Positions 39,993-52,831 of a stretch of DNA of 64,000 bases are shown piece by piece. How positions within the stretch are numbered: the first letter of the stretch is position 1; every line of letters begins with the position of its first letter. Location: the NCBI GenBank assembly GCA_038496445.1, contig JALMLS010000123.1:1-64000 (forward strand), in the 5' to 3' direction. Below the pieces are notes generated by a model. The model worked only from the letters and a program-made list of their open reading frames with translations. It made no database searches and was not told where the DNA came from. This DNA comes from Trichosphaerium sp. ATCC 40318. Taxonomy: Eukaryota; Protista; Tubulinea. The position numbers and the translations under genes are program-made.

Positions 39993-40272
39993 ATAGTAAA
40001 GATGTGTACATTAATAGTTTGACTAATGGTTTCTTTCTACTTTGAAATATGACCGCTCACAGGCTATAGCTAAGCCAATACACAGATATTTTTCTCATGT
40101 TTGACAATATGCTTTCCAGCGAGGTGTTGAGAATTTGTTTTTTGATAAGAAATGTGACATTGTTGCCTGACATTTTTCCAATTTTCATTTGGTCCTTAAT
40201 AGTAACTCTCAATAACCCGTATATCAACTATCAGGCACTAGTATACGCGTATTTTCACCTTTTTGCGCCTGT

Positions 40273-42260
40273 ATGCTGCGTCTGAGTCGTAAATTACACC
40301 AGGTTCTTGGTGACCCTCATAAAAGGGTGTGGAGGGTGCCAAATACTCTATGGGGCCAAGTAGAAGGTGCAGAAGGTATAACTCCCTTCAAAAGCGAAGA
40401 TGATGCCGTATCCGGTAATTTATTGCTTGACAAGAATACATATTCGCGTATGCAGGTTTGTCATAAACTCACAGCCTCACAATCGGTAAAATGGTGTAAT
40501 AGGTGATAAATTACGACTCTGAACCTGTAGATGGCACCTACGTATCAAAGTGCATTTCTTCTGCACTTGAGAAACGACGTACAATGGGAAAACACTTTGA
40601 TGTCAACAACGTTGCATCAGGGTTCAGGCTTATTAATCATACGTTCGATGGTCTACCAGGCGTTGAGGCACTACTACATCTGTCACCATTATAAAATAAC
40701 AAAGTGTCAGGTTGACGTTTATGCTGGTCACGCAGTAATGCGCTTGTACAGTCACTATTGGCGTAAATTCGCACGTCCAATGGCAAGAACAATTTTGGGA
40801 TTGAAAACAAGGCCAATCTCTGGTGTACGATTCAAATCTTTAGGCCGTTTGTTGTAACCTCTCTCGCAGGTATACCTCATTGATAACTCAAGAAGTGAAG
40901 ATGACCGAACACCACCATCCAACAGTGTGTCGTTGCTTTTGGGTAAGAGGGCACCACGCGATATGACAAACGTAGAGGAGAACGGTTTGTTGTTCCAAGT
41001 TGAGCTTGACAGACAATCAAATGGCGTATTTCTTGATCAAAGGCGAAACCGCCAGCGAGTTGTTGAGCTTATGGAAAAAGCTCCAATAGTAAATAACCCT
41101 GGGGTAGAGAAAACAAGAATTTGTTGGAAGTGGCCTAATAAGCGATTATTAAATGTGTTTTCATTTTCTGGGACTTTTAGCGTATTTGTAGCGCAGAAGA
41201 ATCATCTCAGTGTTAACGTTGATGTATCTAAATCAGCACATGCTATTGCAAAGAAGAATTTTTACCTCAACAGACTTGACACTCAAGGTCATTGGTTCAA
41301 TCCAAAGGTAATTTTGCTATTTTTTTTTTTACATTTTGACACTTGTTAACCTTACAAAAGGACGCTATGGATAAATTACCAAATCTTTGGAAAGAAAGGC
41401 ATCAATTTCAAGTTGTTCTTTTAGATCCACCTACAGTCGGATTCTCAAGGACAAGTGAAGGAGTGTCAAGGTTTTCTACAAAAACACATTATAGACGATT
41501 GGTTGAGGTTGCAGCACCATTAGTAGCACCAGGGGGTACGACCCAGAGCCAAGAATATCATATTGATGGTATGTAGGCTATCTTGTTTGTTTTACAAATA
41601 CAAGAACATTGAGCAAACTAAATTGGATGGGGAATATAGGTGAGTCCTTTGCTTTCGGCCTTCGTACTAAAACACAATTCTAGAGGACGGAATAAAGGAT
41701 GCAAAGATAGCTATTAAGCCACAGTTAGAACAAGAAGCCTTTGAGGCAGAGAGACGAAGGCTTCGCTTGCGGCGTACGATTGAAACAAGTATGCATTGAA
41801 ATAATACTTTTTAGTGAAACTCTCACCAAAAGAACGTGAACGTGCACTGCGTTCAACAAAGTGGGATATATCTGATAAAGAAATGGAACAGAGATATAAC
41901 TTTAAGAAAGTTGATGAATGGACGCAGGATGAAGATTTTGGATGGCTTCCTGGTATGAAGAGAATTACATGTTTAGTTTGATATTTTCATTGATTAACGT
42001 ATGCAACAGGTGATGAAGATTACTCGAAGTACCTTATAGGTGTTGTATATAAACGAGAGTATGTACATAAAATGCCAAAACGGAAGACAGATATGAGAGA
42101 GTTTAAGAAAAGAGAAGATAAACTGGAAGCAAAAAATAAACGTAAAAAACTAAAGAAGCCAAAGAGAACATTTATGGTTTCTAAAGAAGACTTGATGGCT
42201 GTTGACCTGTCACGTGTAAAAGATGTAGAGTTGGACGAAGGTGAAGCCTCAAAAGAATAA
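40273..42260 (+). CDS. RlmI/RlmK-family SAM-dependent rRNA methyltransferase, probably mitochondrial
   Basis: MLRLSRKL presequence-like start, FRLINHTFDGLPG.VDVYA, ENGLLFQV..GVFLDQRRNR, LLNVFSFSGTFSV, VVLLDPPT. Confidence 0.85.
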
Positions 42261-42433
42261 AAAAAATTGTATTTGTGTCATTGGTTGCAAGTCTAGAAGT
42301 GATCCTCACGTGACGTAAGTTGATTTTGTGAACAGAAATAATAATGTGATGACGTTCGTCGACACGCTTTTTCGGTTAATAATAAGCTGATAGTCAAAGG
42401 GAGTACTTATAGGCGAAAAGGGAGACGGACTTG

Positions 42434-44062
42434 ATGGCAACGGATGATATGGACATAGATGAACCGTTTGCGGAACCATTAACCTATAGATTACCAGGAG
42501 AACTACTATTACATGTGTTTTTGCTATTAGATACCTCTGCCGTACGTAGCGTGCGTGCTGTAAGCCAACGGTGGCTTAGTATTTCTGGTGAGGCAACAAT
42601 TAGTTTCTATGTCTTATTTACGGGCGATTTACAGATTCTGACGCTATATGGAAGCAATTATGCTTTAACCACAAAAATTACGGATTTCCTGTGATTGGTA
42701 ATGGAAGGCAGCTATCTAAGTTACAAAAACCGCCTTCTGATAGCTACAGAGAGTTTTTTTGTGAACTTTGTCTGTACGAGCTAAAAAAACGTAAGTGGCA
42801 TGTCAAGTAAGAGCTACCGCAGTAAAAAACCGTTAGGTACCATTTGCAGAGCATTATATGATTACACAGCACAGGAAGATAACGAACTGTCATTCAAAGT
42901 ACGTCTTTTTATTGAAACATTGTATAATGTTGCGCTAGGCAAGCGATTTAATTATTGTAATCACTGAGTCAAGCGATTCTGAAAGCGGTTGGTGGACTGG
43001 GTATGCAAAGGGTCATGTAGGGTTGTTTCCAGCGGAATACGTTGAAACGTTAGAAGACACAAACACTCAAATACTTACACCAATAACGCTGAATGGCACG
43101 ATAAAATCATTCTATAATCACTAATATTGCGTGTAGGTCCAAAGATAAAGTTTAAAGCAGTAAACCTTGAAAGCACAATTCATTTGCTCAATGATGTTAT
43201 GAAACCATACGACTGTCGTAAACATATAGCTAGATGTGAGCAACAAGGTTTCCAAACGGCATTGCATCATAATTCAGTACGTCAAAGTCCTTTTGCGGAA
43301 AACTCTTTGTCAAACCTTGTTCGTTTTCAGCATTTTCTTTTTTCTCAATATCAGAATTTGATGATGTCATATACTTAACTTGGTAAAGGTTTGTCCGTAT
43401 GCTTCCAAGTGCCTAAATAATACTCTTTGGCCTGGTATAAGCGATAAGATGCCGTATGTTACGTACCAAAATAGGATATGGACGCCAATAGGTATGCAGA
43501 TTTTCTCACTTTTCCAAAAATATTTTAATTTTCTGACTTTGTTGATGTTGTACCAACAGGCATAAACCCAGAAAGTAAGGTTTTCAAATATAAGGCAGGC
43601 GATTACTCCGCCATGCATATTGACGGTCCTTACACACGAGATTCTGAAACACGAAGCTTCCTGTCAATTATCATTTACATGAACTCCGATTTCATCGGTA
43701 TGCCTTTCCCTCTCCTCCTTTTAGACTAACAAGATGCCATAGGTGGTAATACGACGTTCTTTTCTAGCCCTGTCAAGGTTTATCGTGTTGTGCGCCCAAG
43801 AGGAGGTAAAAACAGATATTTTATCTTATTGACGATGTTTTCTGATAATCTTCCATAGGTCTAGCTATTGTTTTTCCACACGTTATTTTACACGCATCCG
43901 AGAGTGTTTCTTCGGGTTTGAAGTATTTATATCGCTCAGATATTGTTTATAAATGTACTGATATGTACGTTGAAAGTTTTTAGTTGTGACACTGATCAAG
44001 TTGATTTAAGGCTTGCTACTGGCGACTATTCGCATTTAGATAGGAAAGTAATACAGCTGTAA
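42434..44062 (+). CDS. F-box + SH3 + 2OG-Fe(II) prolyl-4-hydroxylase-like fusion protein
   Basis: F-box: RLPGELLLHVFLLLD...VRAVSQRW...DAIWKQL. SH3: ALYDYTAQEDNELSFK..GWWTG...GLFPAEYVE. Oxygenase: KYKAGDYSAMHIDG..LSIIIYMNSDFIGGNTTF..P.GG.AIVFPHVILHAS..V.SGLKYLYRSD. All are joined in frame by GT-AG introns. Confidence 0.85.
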
Positions 44063-44257
44063 ATAAATAAAATAAAACAAAAACCGCGTAATACGAACAA
44101 CAACACTGAGTAGAGGAGTTATACCTCAATACACAAAAAATAGTGTTTTCGCATTTTCTGTTTATTGTCAATAGACTTCAATGCTAAAAACAACATCAGC
44201 TTGAGGTCGGCACCACACGCATGAATATATAGTAACTAGCATCTGTATACACAAAAG

Positions 44258-47129
44258 ATGGACCTAGAGTTCAAATTATCTGCGCTTACAAGCGATGATA
44301 GCGACCAGGGCAATAGCTTTGAAGACAGCGAAACCATGAGCGATGGAGGCCCTAAAATGCAAATGGTGGCTTTCTGGAAGGATCTATACGGTATGAGCCC
44401 AAAGAATGCGGAATTTAATTAAAGCGCATGTTTAGATTCTTCACAACAACACTCCACAGTCGCGAAGAACATGCATGGTACGTAGCATTTATTGTTTTAG
44501 TCCTTTTTTGTGAAAGGGTTTCTTCATCATCGTAATTATCCGATTAGAGGAGTTAGAAAACGAGAGGAGAGTAAACAACGAGCTCTCCACAGCAAACCAG
44601 GAATTAGTAGCAACAATCGGAAAGATAGAAAAAGGCAATGAGCGTCTGCGCAATGAAAACAAGCAACTCAGAAAGGCGTTGGAATATTTTAAGGTATAGT
44701 TTAACGTTTTCGAATATTGCGGCCTAATAGTCCAACTAGACGCGATTCACCGAGTCTGAATCGTCGACGGATAGAACAGAAGTTTCGTCGCCTAGGCGTA
44801 TTGCACATAAAAGTTTACGCCCTAGAACAGCGCGTGCGCCACCAGCGTCCTCAGACTATACACAAGACAAAAAGAAGAAGAAGAAAAAGAAACGGTATTT
44901 ACAACATTTATAATTCCTCGTTTTTGATTGTTGCAATACTCAATTCCTTTTACCTTAGGCGCCATTCCGATGAAGGTTCTGGACCTCAAGTTCCTCTACA
45001 AGTGCGACGGTCTTCTTCTTCAAGCCAGAATCGACCACCACCCAAATTACGCCGCAACATGCCAGGTAGTAAATCTAGCGATCATTTAGCAGTAAGTGCG
45101 ACAACGGGGCGTTCGCGAAGATTCCAGTTGCTAAAGGGAAAGGTATGCTAAAACAGTTTTTTTGTGACAAAAAACTAAATACATTTCAGCCTTCTCAATC
45201 AACTTCTGGAATCGTTTTGGGACCTTTGCTCAGTAGAGCAAGAAGCGAGGGAAGAGTTAGAAATAACAAGAGGGCGATAAAGACACCTAGAAAGGCTGAT
45301 CGCTTCTTTAGAGATGAAGTAAGTGCTACAAAAACAGTCTAAAATTTTTGGCTTACACTGTTTTAGATACCTGTGGTAATTAGAGATGATAGTGACGAAG
45401 ATGAGCTACAAGCAGATACACTGAAATCTCTAGTGCGTAGGTGCACGGATATAAGCCCTAAGTTTGACTTGCAACGCGCGTTCTTGTGTACATACAAGCG
45501 CTATATTACTGCTGAAAATTTACTTGAGCTGTTAAAGCAAAGGTACAGCTCAAAAGTGTTGATGCCGAGACTAAGTGTACTTATTTAGATTTGACGTGTC
45601 AAAGTATTTATTCAAAATCACAGCCAAAAAAAGGAATCTTGCGCGACAAAATAGCGCTGTTCAACGTACAGCCAAAATAATACGATTGCGCGTTCTTGCC
45701 TTTCTACGTAAATGGATTACAGATTTCTGGTTCGACTTTGAAGAAGCTCCTCAAGTCATTGTATTGTTGGAAGAATGGATCAATGATAAGATTAGAGCAG
45801 CACCGGTATTGTGTTTTTTTTGAAGTTTTCGAGAAGTTAAATAACTAACCTTAATTAGTCCATGGGTGATAAAGCTGACCATTTGTTAAAAAACGTTGCT
45901 GATATGGTTCGTGTTTGAATTTGAATACTAAAACATGCTTGGTTTCTGAGGTTGTGTTGTTGATATTCTTGTTTAGGTAGATATGATAAAACGAAAGTCT
46001 GCTGAACGCACTTTCGCGTCAATCAGTCCTGGAGGTCGTTCACCAAAAAACGAAATTGATTGGTTTGAATTACAGCCAAAAGAGGTTCACCAGGATTAAT
46101 TAATACCATGTTCTCACACTCTGTATAGCTCGCACGTCAGCTCACATTGGTAGAGCACAAAATGTATAGTATGATAAAGCCGTCTGAGTTTGTTCACGAA
46201 GCGTGGAATCAACCCAATGCACAAGAATTGGCTCCTAATCTTATGAAGTTCATCGGGTGGTTTAATAGGGTATCCGGTTGGGTGGCAACTTGTATTGTCC
46301 AGGAAAAGGAACAAAAACGCCGTGTAGATATGATCAAGTTTTTTGTCACTGTTGCTAGTGTACGTTAAGCTTCAAAGCGATCATTTGTTGTTTTATCTAA
46401 TATTTGATAGCATTGTCTCGAGATCAACAACGGTAATTGTGCTTTGGAAATTGTCGCTGGAATTAGTCAAGGTACGCACTCTTACTAAATATTACTCAGA
46501 AGTTACTTGTATTTACGTGGTACCTAGGCCCTGTCCAAAGGCTAGAAAAGTCTATAACAGATGCTCTTGGCCGTAACGCACTTAAAGTCCCTACTGGGAC
46601 GCCAAAGAAAAGCTTTAAATCCGGTATAACTGGAAAATGGCAAAAAATGTCAGTCTTGGCTCATTATGCACAAAACTTTCACGCTATTCGTGACTATATG
46701 GACAATGTAATTCCACCTGCAGTGCCTTATATAGGCATATATCTGAAGGATCTTACAGCTCTTAACGCAGTACGTTCGGTTATCGTTTTTGCTAAACACT
46801 GAGCTTATCATTTTGTAGAATACAACGGATTATGTTGAAGACGAAACAAACTCTGGAGAAACACAGCGCAGAGGCAAGCCAGCTATTGGCAACTCTCGTA
46901 GACTCGTTAATTTTCAAAAGTGTAACGAAATAGCCAAGGTTTGTGAATGTTTTGAGCTACCTGCGTTATTAATGATTAAACTTAGATTGTGGAAGACGCC
47001 ACCAAGTTCCAGGCGGTAAGATTCCCATTTGAAGAGCAGGATTGGATCGTACAACAGTTACTCGCTATCGGGGGAATGGATAGCGACCAAATGTACGAGG
47101 TTATAAAGGGCTACAACGAGAGGAAGTAA
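44258..47129 (+). CDS. RasGEF (REM + CDC25 domains) with N-terminal coiled coil
   Basis: AFLCTYKRYITAENLL, IRLRVLAFLRKWI, ARQLTLVE, APNLMKFIGWFNRVSGWV, PAVPYIGIYLKDLT, LVNFQK. Confidence 0.92.
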
Positions 47130-47262
47130 ACGGACTTTAAACTATTTTTTTTTAAAAACTACTGTAACATAACGAATGACGGCGCAATAAATATTAGTAC
47201 TGAAACTATGAACAATACAGTTTATTGGTGCAACAACAAAATAGGCAATTGCGATAGATTGT

Positions 47263-47639
47263 TTAACTGAAGTACTCCGTTGGATCTTCTCTGGTCTTGT
47301 GTTCTTGAACACCGTGGAGAGAGAGCTTTGAAGTGTGGTCTCTGTATACGCGAATATGGATAAACTCCTCATCACCGACTTGAATCTATGTAAATAGTTA
47401 AAAAGCAATCAATACTGTGAGTGGAACCTTGATAAAGATGTTCATGCCGGAAACTACTTGAGTAGCATAACGAGTTGGTTTGTACAGTGGAAGAGTCCTA
47501 CCGAGCTCATGTTCAACATCTGCTTTTACAGCGAAAGCAACTGAATAGTCGTTAGTGTTTTGAGGTTTAAATAGTCCGTACTGTCAGTTGCGAACATGTC
47601 TGCGTCTTTTTCGTTTGATACACCCCCGGCTCTTTGCAT
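47263..47639 (-). CDS. Type 1 cystatin (stefin)
   Basis: Spliced ~97 aa: MQRAGGVSNEKDAD...YATQVVSGMNIFIKIQVGDEEFIHIRVY...KTREDPTEYFS, with the N-terminal G and QxVxG motif. Confidence 0.9.
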
Positions 47640-47863
47640 TGTGGGTATTTGTTTGTTTTGAAAGAAAACGCTTGAATTCTGGTCGGTAAAAAAAAAATCG
47701 CCTTTGTAATCGCTGTGTTAGGTGCTGCTGTAGGCAGTACTTGTTGTATTCTATCAAAGTACAACGTTTAAAAATAGACAACAGTAAAACGCGATTTTCG
47801 CACTTAATTAAGCGACACAGCTGTCAATTTAGTTATAAATACCTCAATACTGGTCTAGTTGGC

Positions 47864-50800
47864 ATGTCACAAAAGTCTGCGAAGAGACAGGCAAGACCAA
47901 CGCGTAAAGTTGTCCCTGTAAGAAAAAAGCCGCAGTTTTCGTTTCAAACAGTGAGGGTGCGTGTAAATATATTTGGTGGTGATGTTAATAGCGTAACAGC
48001 CCGGAGTTGACTTCTCAAACAAAAATGCACATCGCGTGAGTCTATCGGCGCCAGGGATGCCTTCAGACAAAAATGAAAAGCGTTCTAAAAAAATAGCGCA
48101 AAGGCGTTTAAAAACAAAGGTAAGTATGCCTAGGCCCCTTTATAGTGATAAACACCCTAATAGAAAGAGCTACGGCACCAAAAGAAGAATGAATCAAAAG
48201 AACAACAGGTTGTACTGACAGTTGAAGAACTGGGCACACTAGCTAACACATACCATCTTATCAATATGGCTAAAATAGGCGAAGAGGTGCGAGCAGGTTA
48301 GCTTTAACGGCTTTGTTGTCCTTATCGCTTAATAGGACATTTGGAATGGTAGTCCAGATGCCATGTCTATAATACGTCATTTTGGAACAGAACTCAGCGT
48401 TATACGTACAAATTACGCCTAGTCTTAAAACTTCTGACACTTTAATAGCACGTTATCCAAGTCCAGCAGTTATAAATTTTTACTTTCCTCATTCTCCCCT
48501 TTTTAAAGTAAGCGTAGCAACTTACCAACATGACAACGCCTAATAAGTATTGCAGGACGCTCCAGATTTCACTAAAGCGTATCGATTGCCTAAGGACATG
48601 CGTATAGGCAGTGTACGTTTGTGTTTTTATCACATAAATGATGTTAATTGTAACCTTAGATATTGACTATGCTTGGAAAGAAGTTTGGATTCAAATCATC
48701 AATGTATGGTCTCAAGACTAGATGTAATTATGACATGGATGTCAACAGCACTTTGGCAGAGTTTGGGGTTGGTATGACGCTCATAGAAGTGGTTAGTTCC
48801 TTTTAACCAAGGATTTAGGTAGTCTATTGCAAATATGGCAGTTATATGTGTACAAAAGGCTTAGAAAATTGGTGTCAGCGAGAACAACAAAAAAACTTGA
48901 GAAAGAAGCAGCTCAAAAGGAGAAGGAAGCAGCTCAATTAACAGACTCTGATTCAGTAGCATCTCGTCGCTCTTCATCAGCCACTGGTGATCCTCCTTTA
49001 TCTGACTCGACGTCACGACGCTCTATTTCAAGTGGTGACTTTACATACTCTTCAGAGAGTGGATCGTCTAGGAGGTCTTCTTCAGCAAAAGAGAAGGAAG
49101 GAACTAGAGGTAAATCCATTCATGGTTTTTTTTTCTGACTTGTTGTTAAGGTAGTCGCTCAGACTCGTTTAAGAAAGGCAAGAAAAAGGGCGATATAGAT
49201 CAAATACAAGGAAGTGATGCTAAAGGAAAAGAATTGAAGCGTAAAACGAGGAAAAGCATTAGCTCACGTAAAAAACCATCATCCGACACAAAACGCTCCA
49301 AAGCTGAGAAACGACGAACAGATAAATCTCAGTCTGCTAGAGGTGATAAAGGAACTGGTATAGATGATAGTGCTAAGAAGCAAAAGAGTAAGGATGATGT
49401 CAAAAAGAAGAAGGACAAAGTACGTTTTACCTAACTACAAGACAAACAACTAATGACACTTGCATCAGAAAAAAAAGGGAAAAAATAGCAGTGTTCAAAT
49501 AGACCCACAATATCCTGTGCTATTTATTCTTGACTCCAATTTTAAAGCTCGTTCTAGACGTGCTATGGTCAGACCACAAACAACGTTATTAAAGGTGAAC
49601 ATATCACAGTTTTACTCAGTCATTCTTATATCTTCAGGTTCTTGAATCTTTATGTAGCCTTGATGAAAATGATGCTGCGAACTTTAGGCTATATCGTGTA
49701 TTTGATAAGGATACATTGACATCCGTTGAAGTGACACAAACATTTAGCAACTTGGGGCTAGGTGACTCCTTTAAAGCAATGTACGATTATCTTGTTTGTT
49801 ACTACGATACTGATGATGCTTTTAAAGGCACTTTGCTGTTGCTGCTAAACCAATAGCAGTAGATTATAAATCATTGCGAATGAAGGCTAGTAAGTCTGCT
49901 GCAGCGTTACTGAAAACGCCAGATAAGACAATCAAGAAAGCAGATTTATCTAAATATGCTTCGTTTAGAAATAGCCATGGTATTGTTTTGGTGATTGAAT
50001 AGTTTTTACATTCTTATATGCATTTAGGTGTTGTGGTATTGCCTAAGGCATCAACAGAATCTGAAACATCCGAATCAACCCAAGAAGGGAGTACGGATAC
50101 AACTACTAAAGATTCAGAAGTACAAGATGTTAAAACAAAGTCAGAAGATGTTAGTCCACCTCCTCAGTTACCTGCTCCTCCATCAGCGCGGGGTACATTG
50201 CGTGGTAAAGAATCGCTTGCAAAATATACACAAATAGAGAAGTCTGTAGAAGATACAGCTCCTAAAGTAGACCCACCAATGACTGAGTCTAATGAGTCAC
50301 CAAAAGAGTCATTGAATGATAAGAATGAGAAAGAAGGTGGTACACCTTGTATGATCCCTAGCCCTTCCAATGTTTCAGTTGGACCAGGGCCTATTCGCTC
50401 TCCTAGCGGTATGGATCCTCCTGCTGATGATCCACCTAAGCCAAAAGTCACTGACGAAGCACCTGCTATAACTACAACTGCTGCTACTTCATCTGCTAAT
50501 GACGTTAAACTGCGCGAACTTACAAATGAGATTAACAAATTACGTGTAAGTGTGATTTTAGTTCTAGTAAGCTAGTATATGTAAGCTAATTGGATTTCTT
50601 AGATGGATTTGGACGAAGAGAGAAGCGAAAAGCAGCAAATACTTGCACAGCTTGAAGAACTTCATGAACATACTACAAAACGTGAGGAACACTTCTCAAA
50701 GAATGTTGCTGATTTGAAAGAACAGTAAGTAGACAAATTTCTACTTTAGATTCAGACTTGACTGAACTGTTTAGATTGTCTAATGTTGAACCTACTGAGG

Positions 50801-52230
50801 ATCCTGCTCCTGAGAATACCGTTATTAGTGAAGATTCAAGTGATACTAAAGAAGTTGATGTGCAATCAAAAGATGGCAATGCAGAAGAGCTGGTTCGTCT
50901 GCGTGAAGTAGTTAATGCGTCCGAGGATGCTATGGTTCAAATGATGGCTGATAATCAAGAATTACAAGAAGAACTTGAAGTATGCCTTTTCTTTCTCAAA
51001 TTGAAGTACAGTATTGCTTACTTTTTGTAGCTTAGACGTGCAGCAGAAGATGAAAATAATAATATCATTGACGGTCTTAAGAGTGAGCTTGCTGAAGTTG
51101 AAGTATGTCCATATTTGTACATTGTTTTACTTACAAATGCTTTGAAGGAAACTCTTGATACAAAGGTTGAAGAGTTTGAAAGTATTGTATTGTATATGTA
51201 TGCTCAACGAGAAGAAATGCAAGCTAAAATAGCTACATTGAGTTCTGCACCACATACTCAACGTACTGTGGGGAGTACTGAAGGTTCTGGATCTCATAGA
51301 GACCCTACTCAGTCTGGAAAGGGTGTAAACTCTACCAGTGGCACTGAAGGAGAGCCTAAAGATGCTAGCGACGTTGTAGCTGATAAAGAAGACACTAAGT
51401 CTTCATTACCTGAAGAAAAGGTTGCAGCGACATCAAGTGACAGTGTTCCTGAGGAACCTGTGGCACTTGATACAAACGGCACTGAAACTAAAGGTGCTGA
51501 AGAAGCTAAAGTTTCTGAGGCTCACATTGAAGAACTTAATGCTTTAAAAGCATTGCTAGAGCAACGAGAGAAAGAACTTAAACGAGCAACACAAGTACTT
51601 GATGGTACGCCTTTGTTTTGGTCAGCTGAGGTGATTTTATTAACGTGTGCTAGAAAATGGATTATCTGTTGGATTGTATTACAGCGACAACGATGTACGG
51701 GTGGCTTTTTTCTTAACTTTTTTTGACTTTTCTCAGGAGCCGCTTCAAGTGGTTGATGCTCCACCACCTCCTCCTATGATGCCGGTAGCTCCTGCTATGC
51801 CTGCTATACCTACATCAGCTTTAAAGCTAGGAGCGACACAACTAAGATCAGATGGTAGTTTGTCTAGTGTGGATGACAATGGTAATGATGTCGAAGAATC
51901 AGAAGATTTTAGGTAAGAGCCTTTCAACTATTTTAACTTTTGGTGCTAATACTGTTGTTTAGGTCTAATCTTCAATCGCTCATTGCTGGTATCCAACTAA
52001 AACATGCTAATGATCGCGTATTGGCGCCTAAACGAGAAGAAAACTTAGATATTGCTGATGCTTTGACTTCTGCTCTTCAGAGACGTTTCAAAGCTATGAA
52101 TATTGGTGATATTGAAGAATTGGATGATTTAACTGATGACGAATCTTCTTCTGATGAAGACTACTTTGAAGATGATTCTGAAGAATCTGATGATGAGAAT
52201 ATTTTTGTGGAACAATTTTTGAGTTTCTAA
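47864..52230 (+). CDS. Large protein with ubiquitin-like modules, low-complexity/coiled-coil middle, and C-terminal poly-Pro-WH2-Central-Acidic (WCA) tail
   Basis: Exons appear continuous. The C-terminus is PPPPPM...LQSLIAGIQLKHA...DIADALTSALQRRFKAM...DDESSSDEDYFEDDSEESDDENIF. It could be two genes if a splice was mis-assigned. Confidence 0.65.
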
Positions 52231-52831
52231 GAAGTGAGGATAGTAAACGAAAGCTCTCAACTTAATTTAATGTTGTCAGTGTAAGTGTAAAATAAAAAAA
52301 TTCACGCTGTGATAAAATCTCGTTTCCCTTGACACCTACTCATTCAACTAGCAAATATTACTTCTAACTAGCCATGTAAGAAGTTGTAGCTAATACTATA
52401 GTCATGTACTTTTATTTGTTAAATAAGTCCGAGCGGAGCTGTACTTTATTTTTCACTAAAATTTTTACGGCATTTGGGAATATTATGATAAGGTATTGGA
52501 ACTAAAGCGGTGACGAAATGGCGCCCTAAACGCTTCTGTTAGCAACCTAGCCTATTACAGAGTCTCAGTTTGGTCTTTGCTTTGATGTATCTGTGGAAGA
52601 AATATTTCCCCGAGAGATGGTCACCTTCCTTAAGCCACCTCACCTACAATGTCCCTGTTCCGAAAAAAAGAAAATAAATACAATGTTTTAAATTCACATG
52701 CTCACCAGAAGTAATACTCACAACGCTCTCTGAAAACGCGGCACAAAGATATAGAGACAATATGATGCCTATAAAAGAAAAAAAAACTGTTTAAGGCGTT
52801 CCAAGGCTAAGGACTGTAGCCACTTCTCACC

